Positions 1 to 13,246 of a stretch of DNA of 64,000 nt are shown here, one piece after another. The notes beneath the pieces are model-generated. The model worked only from the letters and a program-made list of their open reading frames with translations, was not told the DNA's origin and ran no database searches. A program made the position numbers and the translations under genes. Origin of the DNA: Lingula anatina (Eukaryota; Animalia; Brachiopoda); NCBI GenBank assembly GCA_051362555.1, contig CM120640.1:54724788-54788787 (forward strand). Direction: 5' to 3'. Numbering within the stretch: the stretch's first letter is position 1; every line of letters begins with the position of its first letter.

Positions 1-1651
<1,651 letters not shown>

Positions 1652-3157
1652 GCATGAGCTACAACTGCCAAGATTATTGTCCCAAGAAGTATATTTTGTA
1701 TTCAGATAACAAAGAGATTATGAGACAATACATTGTGTTCCCTTTTTGTAACAAAAGAAACATCCTTGCTACATGTATACAGACACTGATGCCAGGATTA
1801 AAGCTGTTTGGATCAGGTTATTCAGCAACTTCTTTTATGTTTTTCATACATAAGATTGCAGTCTTAAGATTTGGAACTCAACATGTGTAGCTGTGACAGT
1901 AGGGTGTACATAATAAATTTAAGGGAAAGGTATTTATTGTTAACTGAAAGGTATTTTAAAATGTTATTAGTTCAAAAATGCCATATGATACTAGTTTTGG
2001 TGTGTTAATGTTTATGCAAATGCACAAATATCAAGGGATGGGTATGAGGTTGTTTATTATGTGTCTTATGAAATCATGACAATATTTGCCTTATATTATT
2101 ATAGTGAACACAATACTAACTTGGTTACTGTCAAACAGATTTAAAAACTCTCATAGACGTGTTTTAATGGTCTTCCATCATTGTAGATTCTATACTTATT
2201 GGTCAATAGGCATCTTCACTGACTGGAAAGTATCATTTTTGTTAAAGGATAGCCATGGTGCTAAAAATTTGAATCTGGTGTGATATATTTTTCTAGACTG
2301 ATGGGGGTTAAAATGAAACTTGAAAGCCTGTTGGGGTGCTCTCTTTTACATAATGTGCCTTACATGACCTCTGACCTGAAATGCAGGGTATTTGTGCAGA
2401 AGCTTTGTACTTGCTCACCAGCTGTATATATTCGTACTTAGTATGATGAAGTATTTATAATTAATGATAACGCAAGCTGCTTTCCATGTAGACGCGTTTT
2501 CAGGCACTCATTGTTTTCGTACTGCAAACAACAAAATCTAAGGGAAATGTAATTCGGGTCGGTAGAAACTAATCTCTATCAAAAGTATAGGCCGACGAAG
2601 ATCGTCTGCTGGATAAAAGTAAATGACCGCCGTTTCCTTAAGCTCGGACTGGGTACGTCTCACAAAAGGAGTGTGCGCGAACATAAAAGGGTCCAATAAG
2701 AATATAAATATAGCAACATTTTACAGTTAAGAACTGAGAAATATTTTTGTCTTTAGTAGAAAAAAGTCCTAGAATACATTGGTTTAGAGTTTTGTTACGG
2801 TTTGTAACTACACGTAGCAGTGAACCGTCCCTCAATGTTTTATTTGCTTTAAAATTGTAGGCAAATCCTAATATAATAGACGTTACATTATCGTTGCTTT
2901 GGTTGACAGAACATAATTACCAGATAACGCCCCCTATTGGATATTGTAGAACACCTTGTATGTAAAGGGAAACCTTCAATTCAAGAAATGCTTCAAATGC
3001 AGTGATTTCGTTAAGCGTTCATTGGTGCAGGATCGATTTCCGTCTTTGGGTTACAATTTCTGAAAACATTATTGTAAATAAATGTTACTTTTTCAATTAC
3101 TGTTGAATTTTTTGTTGTAACCGGTCGCTCATCACATATCTTTGTTCAGCTAAGGGT

Positions 3158-4384
3158 TTACAACTTCCACACCGCCATATAATCTGGGCGTCTTCTATAT
3201 ACTTGTTCTTTTTTATGCCACGCATTTAACATGGCTTGTCTCTTTTGTTTTTTCTTTTCCTTATTTTCCGTCTCTCTTTCTATATCGGTCTTTAACTTTT
3301 GAAAGTAAACCTCAGATGCCAAGCAAGCGCGAAAGCAACCTTTACAGGTGTACGGGCAGCCAGAACTGTGCTTGATTTCTAGTTCCTCGTCGTAAAGAAG
3401 GGGGCGAAGCATAAAGCTCCGTCCATTGTTATTATCCAAATTTTTCTTGGTTCTAGGTTCGTTTTGTTTCGTCTGCCTCTCAGCATTTGGTGTCTCATGT
3501 TTAGCAGGGACAATTTCCCGGCTAAAGCCGTAAGGTGGCAACACTGTTGCTTTTACGCGTGTTTCAAAAGCCACCTTCATCGCATGAACGGATTGGTAGG
3601 TAATCCCCTTGTCGTTCAATAACTTCGTTTCGCCGAGTTTTACATCCATGGCGCTTATACATCGCCTCTCGATGTCTTCGGTTTTATTACTGGTGTAATT
3701 TGATATTCGATTTCCTCCGGTCCCTTGGTCACCTAGTGCCGCCCCTCCACAGAGTGACCTTATGTTAAGGGCTGGAAACTCTGCTGGTATTTCATTTGAC
3801 AATCCACGTTCAATGTGAACAGACCTGGTTGCAAATGATTTTGTTTGTGGCGAACCTGATGTTTTGGCCCCTCGCTTCGAATACATAAACGTTCCAGTTG
3901 TTGCCGGGCGTGTGGGTAACGAATCCTTATTGTTTTTGCTCATTTTCTTCGAGTTGTCTGTTGTACAAGTCTCTCTAGCTAATTCTGGCACTGTTTGCAT
4001 GCAGTCCGACGCTTTCATGATGTCTTTCGCCACCTTCTCCTCGAGGTGATATTCATTCTTCGATTTCAGATGACTTCCTTGGAGTATTTCGTTCGGATTT
4101 AGTTGTTGCCGACCGATTTCAAAATATCGCCTGCCTAAAATGCAATTTGCACTTTTAGCTCTTTCTTGAATTTGACTTCGAATTTCGGAATGTATGTGTG
4201 AATCTGCAGAATCCTGTAGTTTTTCGTATGTGTGTCTTCGTTCAATACCGATGGGCGTCAACCACGAATTCGCTGAAACCCCCGAGAGAGACTGACCGGT
4301 TTTGATATGTAGTTCACCATTGCTTGCAAAACCATGCTTAGCTAGTTTGATCGTGTGGAAGACTGTTTCCTTGTCGGCGCACAT
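3158..4384 (-). CDS. Uncharacterized single-exon protein (408 aa), basic/disordered, with a C-terminal CPYTCKGCFRAC cysteine cluster and Lys/Glu-rich helix
   Basis: 1.2 kb uninterrupted ORF in AT-rich DNA. The ORF track starts at a TTG; the first ATG is at 4384 (MCADKE...), with an in-frame stop shortly upstream. No family recognised. Confidence 0.75.
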   Translation of the reverse strand: MCADKETVFHTIKLAKHGFASNGELHIKTGQSLSGVSANSWLTPIGIERRHTYEKLQDSADSHIHSEIRSQIQERAKSANCILGRRYFEIGRQQLNPNEILQGSHLKSKNEYHLEEKVAKDIMKASDCMQTVPELARETCTTDNSKKMSKNNKDSLPTRPATTGTFMYSKRGAKTSGSPQTKSFATRSVHIERGLSNEIPAEFPALNIRSLCGGAALGDQGTGGNRISNYTSNKTEDIERRCISAMDVKLGETKLLNDKGITYQSVHAMKVAFETRVKATVLPPYGFSREIVPAKHETPNAERQTKQNEPRTKKNLDNNNGRSFMLRPLLYDEELEIKHSSGCPYTCKGCFRACLASEVYFQKLKTDIERETENKEKKKQKRQAMLNAWHKKEQVYRRRPDYMAVWKL

Positions 4385-4658
4385 GTTTTCTAGGTAATTC
4401 AATGACGTAAAGGAACTTCAACTCAACTTCGGTAACTTAAAATTTTGAGCTTGCTGAAACTGACCACGTCTTTAAGTCGGTTTTAAGTAATGCCCAAACT
4501 TCTGCCGTCGGGTTATTTTGCAACATACTTCATCTTGGAAAGGGAAATAAAGCTGATTAAGTAGAACCTGATTGGCATAAAGACGTGAATCGAATCAATT
4601 ATTAAGAACTTATTTCCATGGTAGCATAAAATCCCTAACAACGAGTATCGGATTTTTA

Positions 4659-4684
4659 CTCTCTCTCTCTCTCTCTCTCTCTCT
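4659..4684. repeat. (CT)n microsatellite
   Basis: Direct dinucleotide run upstream of the 408-aa ORF. Confidence 0.9.
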
Positions 4685-5731
4685 TTCGCTCTTGCTATCT
4701 CTCTCGCGCTCACTTGAAGTGTTTTTGGGCACAAAATGAAAAGTGGTGGCAGATATAATAAAATTCAAAAAGCAACTTATTAACATCATCGACGGCTACC
4801 AATAGCTCTAACACAGCAAGTGCTTATCAGCAGCAGGTTGGTTGTATCACACCATAAATAATACCATATCAGCAGCATATTAACCAATTAAATTTTTTTA
4901 GTGGTGCAATTTTTTGTGCACTTTCACTTACCCAATGTTTCTCTTCAGTGGATTATAATGCTTTTCATATGTTTGACTTTTTAGACATATTTGCATATTT
5001 AAAGGGTGTGTACGTAATTTATTTTCACTGGTTATGTTATATATGTGCCTTGTGATCACTGGAATACGAAATCTCCCGATGTCTGCCGAATAGTTTCCAT
5101 CAAAAAGATATCTTTCCGAATTAGCAAGCAGGCTTGATAACTGACGATATGATTTAGGTCTTTTTCAATGGCAGCTTGCCGGCAGTAACAAAGTGCCCTC
5201 TGACAGCATGAAATTGTTGGTGTGAATGCATATCTTTTTGATGTGTTTTACAATAACAAGGGAATAAGACGAGTTATAATTACTTGTTATAGTCTCAAAC
5301 TTATATGGGCTTTTTGAATCTTGAGTAATGTACATGATTGAAACATAAAAGAGAATAACCTGCGCTATTGGTGATATATATAATTTACTTCAAACCAACT
5401 TTGCACATAAAAAAATAAAACAATTTCGGAAGACGATTGATCGTTTAACTGCATGAACCTCTACATAATTCTTTTGAATAAAGATATATTTTGAAAACTA
5501 AGAAATAATTACACACAAAATACAGAATTTTATTATTATTATTATTTTTATTTCTTTTTGGCACATTTATTCACATATTACAAGATTTGATTTTGCCTGA
5601 AGTGGAGTTACTTAATGTCTTGGTATTAATTACTTCAGTTTGTTTTATTAACAATTAAGATCTAGTGTTGTTTCCACTTTATTGTAATCATTTAAGATAA
5701 ACCTACCAGAAAAAGGGAAATAAGCCCAGTT

Positions 5732-8700
5732 TTACTTGTCGTCATCATCACTCTCAGAATCTGAACCAAAAGCCGTTTTGTTATATTGGTCTATATATTT
5801 ATTTCCCAAAATTTTGGCATCGCGTGTCAGCCAAAGATCATTGGCTTCCTCGGCAGTCAAATTTGACATTCGGGCAAGTTTTGTGACGGCTTTAGCCTTT
5901 TGGCGGTCGAATATGAGTTTGTTGTCTGCTAATGATTGTGGTTTCGGGGGTGGATTCATTTTCTTTTTCTCCTTTTTTACTTCTGCAGTTTTATCATCTG
6001 CGACGCCAGATTCTTTTCTCTCTGTCTGTGAATTCTGTGTTTCGTGCGTGGTTAGAAGATTTTCGGCCGACACGTCCTCAACTTGGCCTGACTTGGACGA
6101 AGGGTTGTTGACTTTGTCTGTGTGATGAAGTGACACCTTAGGATGCTTCGAGTGTTCTTCAATTAGTGCATCAAAATCTGACGCTATTGTCAATTTTGGT
6201 AAATGTGGCTCTTCAGGTTTGGTGTCAACTTTCTTGCGACTTTTAACTTTCATAGCCTTTGATTTTTTCACAGGATCATCTTTTTTCACTTCAGTTGAAC
6301 CTTCTTGTGTTTCTGAGTCAGGAGCTTCATTGCCTGCATCGCTAAAATAAGGGTCAGCCTGCTTGCTCATCAGTGTTTCCACGTCGTCCTTCAACAATGG
6401 CTCGTCGCATTCAGGGGACATTATTTCGCGCTTCGGTAACTTTTTAGGAGATTTATTCCTAGATTTTTGAGGTTTATGTCTCACTTTCAACTGAGATTCA
6501 CTCAAGGGTTTTAATATATTTCTATCGTTGCTTTTTACTAAAAGGTGACTGTTACTCCTCTTAGGCAAACCTTTTCTACTTTCAATGTTATCGTCTGATT
6601 CCATATTGTCTAATGGTTCTTTGTTATCTCCCTGCGGCAAGAAGATATGTAGGCTCAAGTCAAAAATCGACTTGTCAAATTTAAAGACTCTTTCCGGCAT
6701 TGGGGTTCGTAAGGATATGGCACGTGGTTCAGTTTCTGAAGCGTCAGCAGTGATTTCGGAATCGACACTTTGCATGAACTCCATGGTTCGAATGACTGCA
6801 AGGTCTTCGTCATTAGTTTCATTCAGATACTTTTTATAGAAATTTTCTGCCGTTCTAGCAGTTTTAATTCTTTTTATTTCCTGTAGTCTGTCCTTCATTT
6901 CACAATGAAGCGTATCTTTGGCGTGTATTAATCTCTTGTACGTAGGAGAAAAGCTCCTCGGATGATATCCGTGAATGGAAGGATATAGTGTTTTCTCTCT
7001 AGTTACTTTTCTTGGAACTAAAGAGTTCGATGAGTTATCCAACTCTCTTTTCGAGTCTAAAGCGTTATCTGTGGTACTTACTACCAAATTTGGAAGAGAT
7101 CGTGTCAATGTTTGAACTTCGTTTGTTGTTATGAGGTTTCTGGCTGACGGAATGTGCTGAAGTGTGTTAGAGCGCTCGTGGTGAAATGGTCGGGATTGGC
7201 GGAAAGTGTCCTTTGCATTTTCTTTTTCATTTTTAATTCCGAGTTCTTTCTTCAAATCCTCGAAGGTTAACCTACGATTAAAGAAATAAGATAAGAGACA
7301 TTGACAAATTATTAAAGTTACAATTACAATTACTCTCAGTATATAATAAAAGATTAAAACTAAGATATATAACGTTTATTAGAACAAGAGTAGTAAAACA
7401 TTCTTTACATTAAATATATAAAAGGTTTTATGTTTTTTAAATGCCTTGCAAAAACCCTTTTAATTTTAATTTTTATGGAATGATTAATGGTATTATTAAA
7501 GGTAAACTATCCCATCTGAAACTAATCCAAGGTCATATTTTGTTAGTTTACATATCCTTCAAAGCAGTTTATCTTTCCCAATTCATACCTTGAAAATAAG
7601 AACCTCAAATAAAAGTGCCTTATGTCAATTTTTCGTTTTGAAATGTACAAGAAGATATGGCAGTCAAAACGTTATAGAAAAAATTTAAAACTAAATCATT
7701 TAATTAAAAATGGTATAAACAACGAATTCAATTGCGGAGGTGGGTCGAGCAATGATTTGTGTCTAGAAGAAATTTTTTTCGAGGAAAATTCGATTTGGGG
7801 GGAAAATCTTGGATAGGTTTAAAGGATTCGACTGCCAATGTGTCCATTTCTTTGTGTCAAAATATGGAATTTTAACAGTCAAAACTACCTTGGATTCATC
7901 GTACTTAATTGTAACATTAATGTGCTGCTATTAAACAAGAGGAGAATATTGCATCTTGAATAAAATGACACGAGAACAAAGCACCTTAATGACATTCGTC
8001 ACATTACCATGTACAGTGTCAATTTCCTGGAGTCAAAGAAGTGTTTTTATAGTGATTTCCTGAAATTCATCGAATCGTTATAGAATAGCTGTGTTTTTCA
8101 AATGGTTTGGCATTCACGTCTTATCTTGGATGTGATTTACTGTTTTTAGTGAAAAGGTCATTCAGAGAAGCAGATGTTGCTAATACGTAACCCAGTCTTG
8201 GTTGTTTACCAGCAAAAGCCAAATGACTCATCACTTTCAATCATTCTATAAAAATTACAAAATAACTTATCTTTACTTTCTTAGAAGACATTAACGTTAC
8301 CAGTTTAACACTTATTGATTATAAATGAGAGGAAAATGCTTTGCTCGTAGAACACCGATGACAGACAAAAAAAAAAAAAAAAAAAAAAAAATCCAGCCTT
8401 TGGCATCAGTTAAGGTAAACAACTACCCATTAAACGTCGTGTTTGCCATGTCGCTTAACTTTCTGTTTAAAATTACATAAGAATAAGGATCTTTTATTCC
8501 CCAGGTGCACAATCTATGAAACACCCTCCAGCTTTTTAATGTTAGAAGGCACGCATAGTAGGTCTATTTAAGAAAAAAAGGTGTTGTTTATTTCTTATTT
8601 GATGTCTTTAGGACCTTTACAGCGCCGAGAGCACGACATTTTGAACCTGGCCCTCAAAAAATCTTAAAAGCAAACAAAGTCATATTTGTTATTCTTTTCA

Positions 8701-10208
8701 GTGTCTCTGTATTTATTTTCGTGCTTCTTCTCTTTAGGTTAAGTGGTCTCAACTACATAAGAGTATTTCTTTATCGTTGTTAATTTCACCGAGCGTGGGC
8801 CATTCAATCTAAATTGAGTATAACAAATAGTGGACATTGTAATGGAATCATGCCCACAATAACACACACTAATACCACCTCAATGGACTGCTACACTGAA
8901 ATCTGAACTGAATAAACTGCAGATGACTGAGCATCCGAAAAACATTGTTGGTTTTACCGTCAAGGCATTATTTATAGACCCGAACTATGTCCACATGAAA
9001 TTATTCTCAAGCACTTAACTACTTTACCTACAATAACCAAACCCAGGCAACGGCATCCTGAAATAGATTATTATATACAATATCATTTCTGGCAATGGTA
9101 ATATTAAATCTAATCTTATTTTAGGTACAGATTGAATAACATGGGGGTTCTTTTTGAAGCCGTGGCCCTAAGGTCATATTGGAAACCATAAGGCTGATAT
9201 TTTGGGAAAATACAAAGCACCAACACCCGCACATACTTCACTGAAAAAACGCAGATTGACAAAAAAAAAAAAAAAAAAAAAAAAACATGTAACATAATAC
9301 GTATTTGGAAAGTGCAGGCAAAGACCATGCATCACAGTTGAAGACCCTATTCGTTAAATAAAAACTTGATTTTATGTGGCATACAATCCCTTTGTTGGAA
9401 TATTATTTTAAATTTAAACATGCCAGTATCCACCTCCACGTTATCTGCTGCAGTAGCGTAATAACGACAAGTATGTTAGACTGTGTCACCAACGGTTGCT
9501 ATATAAGTATGTTTATTAACGTGTCACTTCAGACAGTTCTTTTCTATCTAAAATGCAACGCGCGGGTGCTTTCGTATCTTTTGAGCACTGGGGTTTTGTA
9601 CTTCGTGAGGTTAAAATGTAATCGCAGATTGATGTAATAATAACCCTTAATCTATATTGGAATATTTACTTACGTCTTATAGTTCAAATCGTCGGTAGCA
9701 TGCAGCATGTTTTACATATATAATCAGTAACAGTCACTGTCAAGCCAATTCTGTTCAACCGGTGTCAATTTAAAGAATTTATTAGAAGAGAAATGCCAAT
9801 GCCACGAAAAATAATTACAAAAAAAGTAATAAAGAAGCACACTAACCTCGTTTTATGACGACGTTTGAAGTAAAGCTGGGTGTCCTGGCGTGTTGGACCC
9901 AGGATAGGAAATCTTGATTTGGAGTCAGCTAGAGGATTACCTTCCTTTGTCGTACTCGGGTTGCTCCCAGAAGAATCACTGGTCTCTGCACTGCTCACAG
10001 CTTTCCGGCTATCCTCCTTGACTTTCTTTGCTTCATTTCTCTGTTTAAAGGCTGCAGATGGATCGGTGGTCGTTGTTAAGAAGGTACTTTGTCTGTGTAG
10101 TTTTACCTTAGCACCGTGTTTAACTAGAAAATCGGCGTAACGCAAAGCTTTGGGAAATATTGCGTCTTCATCTTTATGTTGTGTTCCTCTATCTGTTTTA
10201 TGCATCAT
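5732..10208 (-). CDS. Uncharacterized two-exon protein (about 633 aa), Lys/Glu/Ser-rich, largely disordered
   Basis: Exon 10208-9847 ends ...RRHKT-AG|gttagt and exon 7271-5732 begins tttaatcgtag|G-TTA-ACC. The phases match (AG+G = Arg), joining the 147-aa and 507-aa ORFs. The frame is open about 39 codons upstream of 10208, so an extra 5' exon is possible. Confidence 0.78.
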
Positions 10209-10583
10209 CTCTCCGGTCTCTGTGAAAGTTTTGCTCTGGTCAGATGTATGATGATTAGGGATGATCTTTCTGGCATAGCTCTCCCCTCTGTATAATCTTT
10301 TTGTAAAACCACATGACTTTAATTAAAATCCTAACATCTTGTGGTCCCCTTCCATTGCGATAAAAAAGTCATTAATCTTGGATGAATTGCTGAGTGTCGA
10401 CGTGCCACTGTCAATGATCGCCTTATTATATATCATAGGTCATTTCTACCCTTGATATGTGTACCGTCGCTAGAGGGTCGTCCTGAAGAAGGCAGCCGGG
10501 TCTAGAATGTTGGCACGGTGGATTACCGTAACAGGTGCGATGTACAATGTGAACTGCCGTTCTGCTCAGGTGGTTTGAAATGT

Positions 10584-10591
10584 GACGTCAG
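10584..10591. promoter_or_regulatory. Perfect CRE palindrome TGACGTCA, with an ATTGG (CCAAT) box about 80 bp away, in the presumed promoter of the 633-aa gene
   Basis: Exact motif in a CpG-rich stretch about 380 bp upstream of the ATG at 10208. Function is inferred. Confidence 0.4.
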
Positions 10592-11873
10592 TCGCTTCGC
10601 TTTAATTGTGCAGCTAAGTGGTTAACTGAGGTCCTGTGCTTTTCATGGGCATGTGGTTATCTCGATTGGTTAGTTGTACGGCTGTTCAAAATTTAACAAA
10701 TGTGACATCCCTGGCATTATAAAGACGCACACAAACAGACACACACATACATACACACACACACAAAAAAAGCCACGATGATATTTCCAAGGACAACACA
10801 TAACAAAAACTGTCACACCTCATTCAGGTAAATTGTAAGACGTGTCAATGCCAGCTGGAAACATCGATCAACTTTATTTACAAAATTCACGGCGAGGACT
10901 TAAATGCTTAGAGACATCAATTCCAGGTATTTAACACAATTGAGTGATGTATTGAATTTACTAGGAAGAACTGAATTGTCTTTCTATTGATATCCCAACT
11001 CGATTCCCCCGGGTTGTCAAATAAGACTGGGGTTTGAGTTGCGATAATCAGCAGGACTGAAGTGCTCTTAGCACTCATAAAGTGACATTGATTTGCGTAT
11101 ATCAACAAGGCAACTGTTCCGTCATGGATAATATTAAATCAAGTACATTGCACTGACTTAGAGCCGGATCAATTATGTTTTCCCCATGAAAGATGTTTGG
11201 CTGTTGGTTACAGTATTGTCGTGATCTTACGGTGATTTAATAAACTGATTTCATGAAACAACTGATTTGTTTGTCAGTTTTCCCTAATTTAGACCGTCAA
11301 AATATATCAAACATGCCTATCGGGTTGTAAAAATTCGCGTGAATGTTTGCATTCAGTTCATCAGATGAAGGAAAAGCTTATCCAATCCACACAAAATTTT
11401 CAAAAAAAAAAAAAAAAAAAAAAGAAAACTTTTTGTAACGCGCACTTATTCCTTCATAAATAATTTTTAAATCATCAATTTAGATACAAAAAGGGCAATA
11501 TATATATAAAGTCAGTATATTTAGTATAATTAGCAACATGCTTTGTTTACTTCTTTGGGCAAAGACAACTAAGTATATGTTATGCATAGCCCATGTATCT
11601 GTGACTAAATTGAGAGATTAAGAAAGGGTAAATTAATACTAATAAAAGGTAATTAGTAATGATTAAAATACGAACAAGTAAAATCGTTCGGTGTCTTACC
11701 CTTATATTTTTTTTACTTTCCAATATTCAACAAAGAATTGGTATTTCATTGTATTGTCTGAGAAATCCATTCGGCTCAAATTATTCAATATTCATATTAT
11801 TCAAGAGCGTTTTATAAGGTACTTGGTGCTTTGAATCACTATCACGCCCTAATCGGTTTTTGGTCACAGATGG

Positions 11874-11887
11874 GTTTCCAAGGTAAC
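11874..11887. promoter_or_regulatory. Candidate RFX X-box (GTTTCCAAGGTAAC)
   Basis: Fits the imperfect palindrome GTYNCC-NN-RGNAAC and lies about 115 bp upstream of the ATG at 12001. Confidence 0.35.
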
Positions 11888-12000
11888 GAGGCCATGCTAG
11901 TGACGATTAATTTTTTCTTGGTGACATTTGGTGGAAGACTTCCTTTTGGTGTCTTGTGCATAAGGTCGAATTTCATATCCAAAGGGAGATTTAAGAGAAC

Positions 12001-12607
12001 ATGGGAAAACGACGTTTCTATAAAGAAGGTTTTGCTTTTACATTGGATGACCGTCTTTTCGCAGTTGGGATGGTATTATGGCTGGTTTTGACTCCAAGCG
12101 AGGGTAAGTTACTAAACATTTCTTCAAAAATGATTCCGAAACTCGTCGTTCAGTAAATAAAGTGATATAAGTAGATACATTTAGCATAGGAGTGGCGTCT
12201 AGGAAAAAATTCAGAGATATTAAGGACTACCAATGAACATTACTTTTTGGTATTAATGCGCTTGTCACAATTAGAAATACTGATAAAAGACAGCGTTAGA
12301 TAGGGGCCTAGTGCAAAAAATCCATTACCAGGATAAAATTATTTAAACCACCCTAACTTTCGTAAGTTTTCAAGTAAACCTTTTTTTTTTTGTGATATGG
12401 TGACATTTCTATAGACATTATTAGCATATTACTATCTTAGGATTTTCTTGGCATTAATACGTTTCTTGCAGACGGGTCCGATTATGACCTTTAGATGAAT
12501 GTCATAACAGCTGGTTATTAAAACATATGCGATTATGCTGACGCTAGTTTTTGTTAGTGTTTATTCTTTCTCAGAACCTTTAAAGGGGGCGAACGTTTGA
12601 GTTAGAG

Positions 12608-12654
<47 letters not shown>

Positions 12655-13213
12655 GTGCTGAAAAGAAGTGGTCGCATTGGGCGTTCCTTCACGACCTGCA
12701 CATTCAAGTTAATGAACTCTCTATTTTAACTCTCAGTAATTACCCATTCTGACGTTACAAGCTGTGCACGGTGATTAAAGGCCTTTCTTGACATCACTTT
12801 GGTCTGGCGATGACACTTTATGTGTGTATCATGTATGTATGGCATAAAACAGAAGAGGTGGCTTTATTTTAAGTATTGAGTATTAAGTAACAAATGCAGT
12901 TAATTTGCTTTATCTTTATTATTTGCACTATTTAAACAAAAACTAAAACTAAAATAATGGACAGATAGACAGGTCGAGCGTAATGCTAGATGTGAGCTGT
13001 TATGTGTGGGTGGATGTGTACGTGTGTGAAGTGATCTACAATTTAATGTTATGTTTTTAGTATTGAAGTATCCATGAAAAGTCAACACAAACACCCTGAT
13101 AATATTCATTCAATTTTTTACTCTGTTAGGTGGAATGCTTCTCTAAACATGTTTTTATACTTCCAAACATCCTGACAAAACCAAGGCATAATGTTTTCTG
13201 TCTCTCAACCCTC

Positions 13214-13246
<33 letters not shown>

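Noticed and set aside
7496-7822. Possible Kolobok-like element starting TTAAAGGTAAACTATCCCA
   Set aside because: Only a weak partial match for the right TIR and no clear target duplication.
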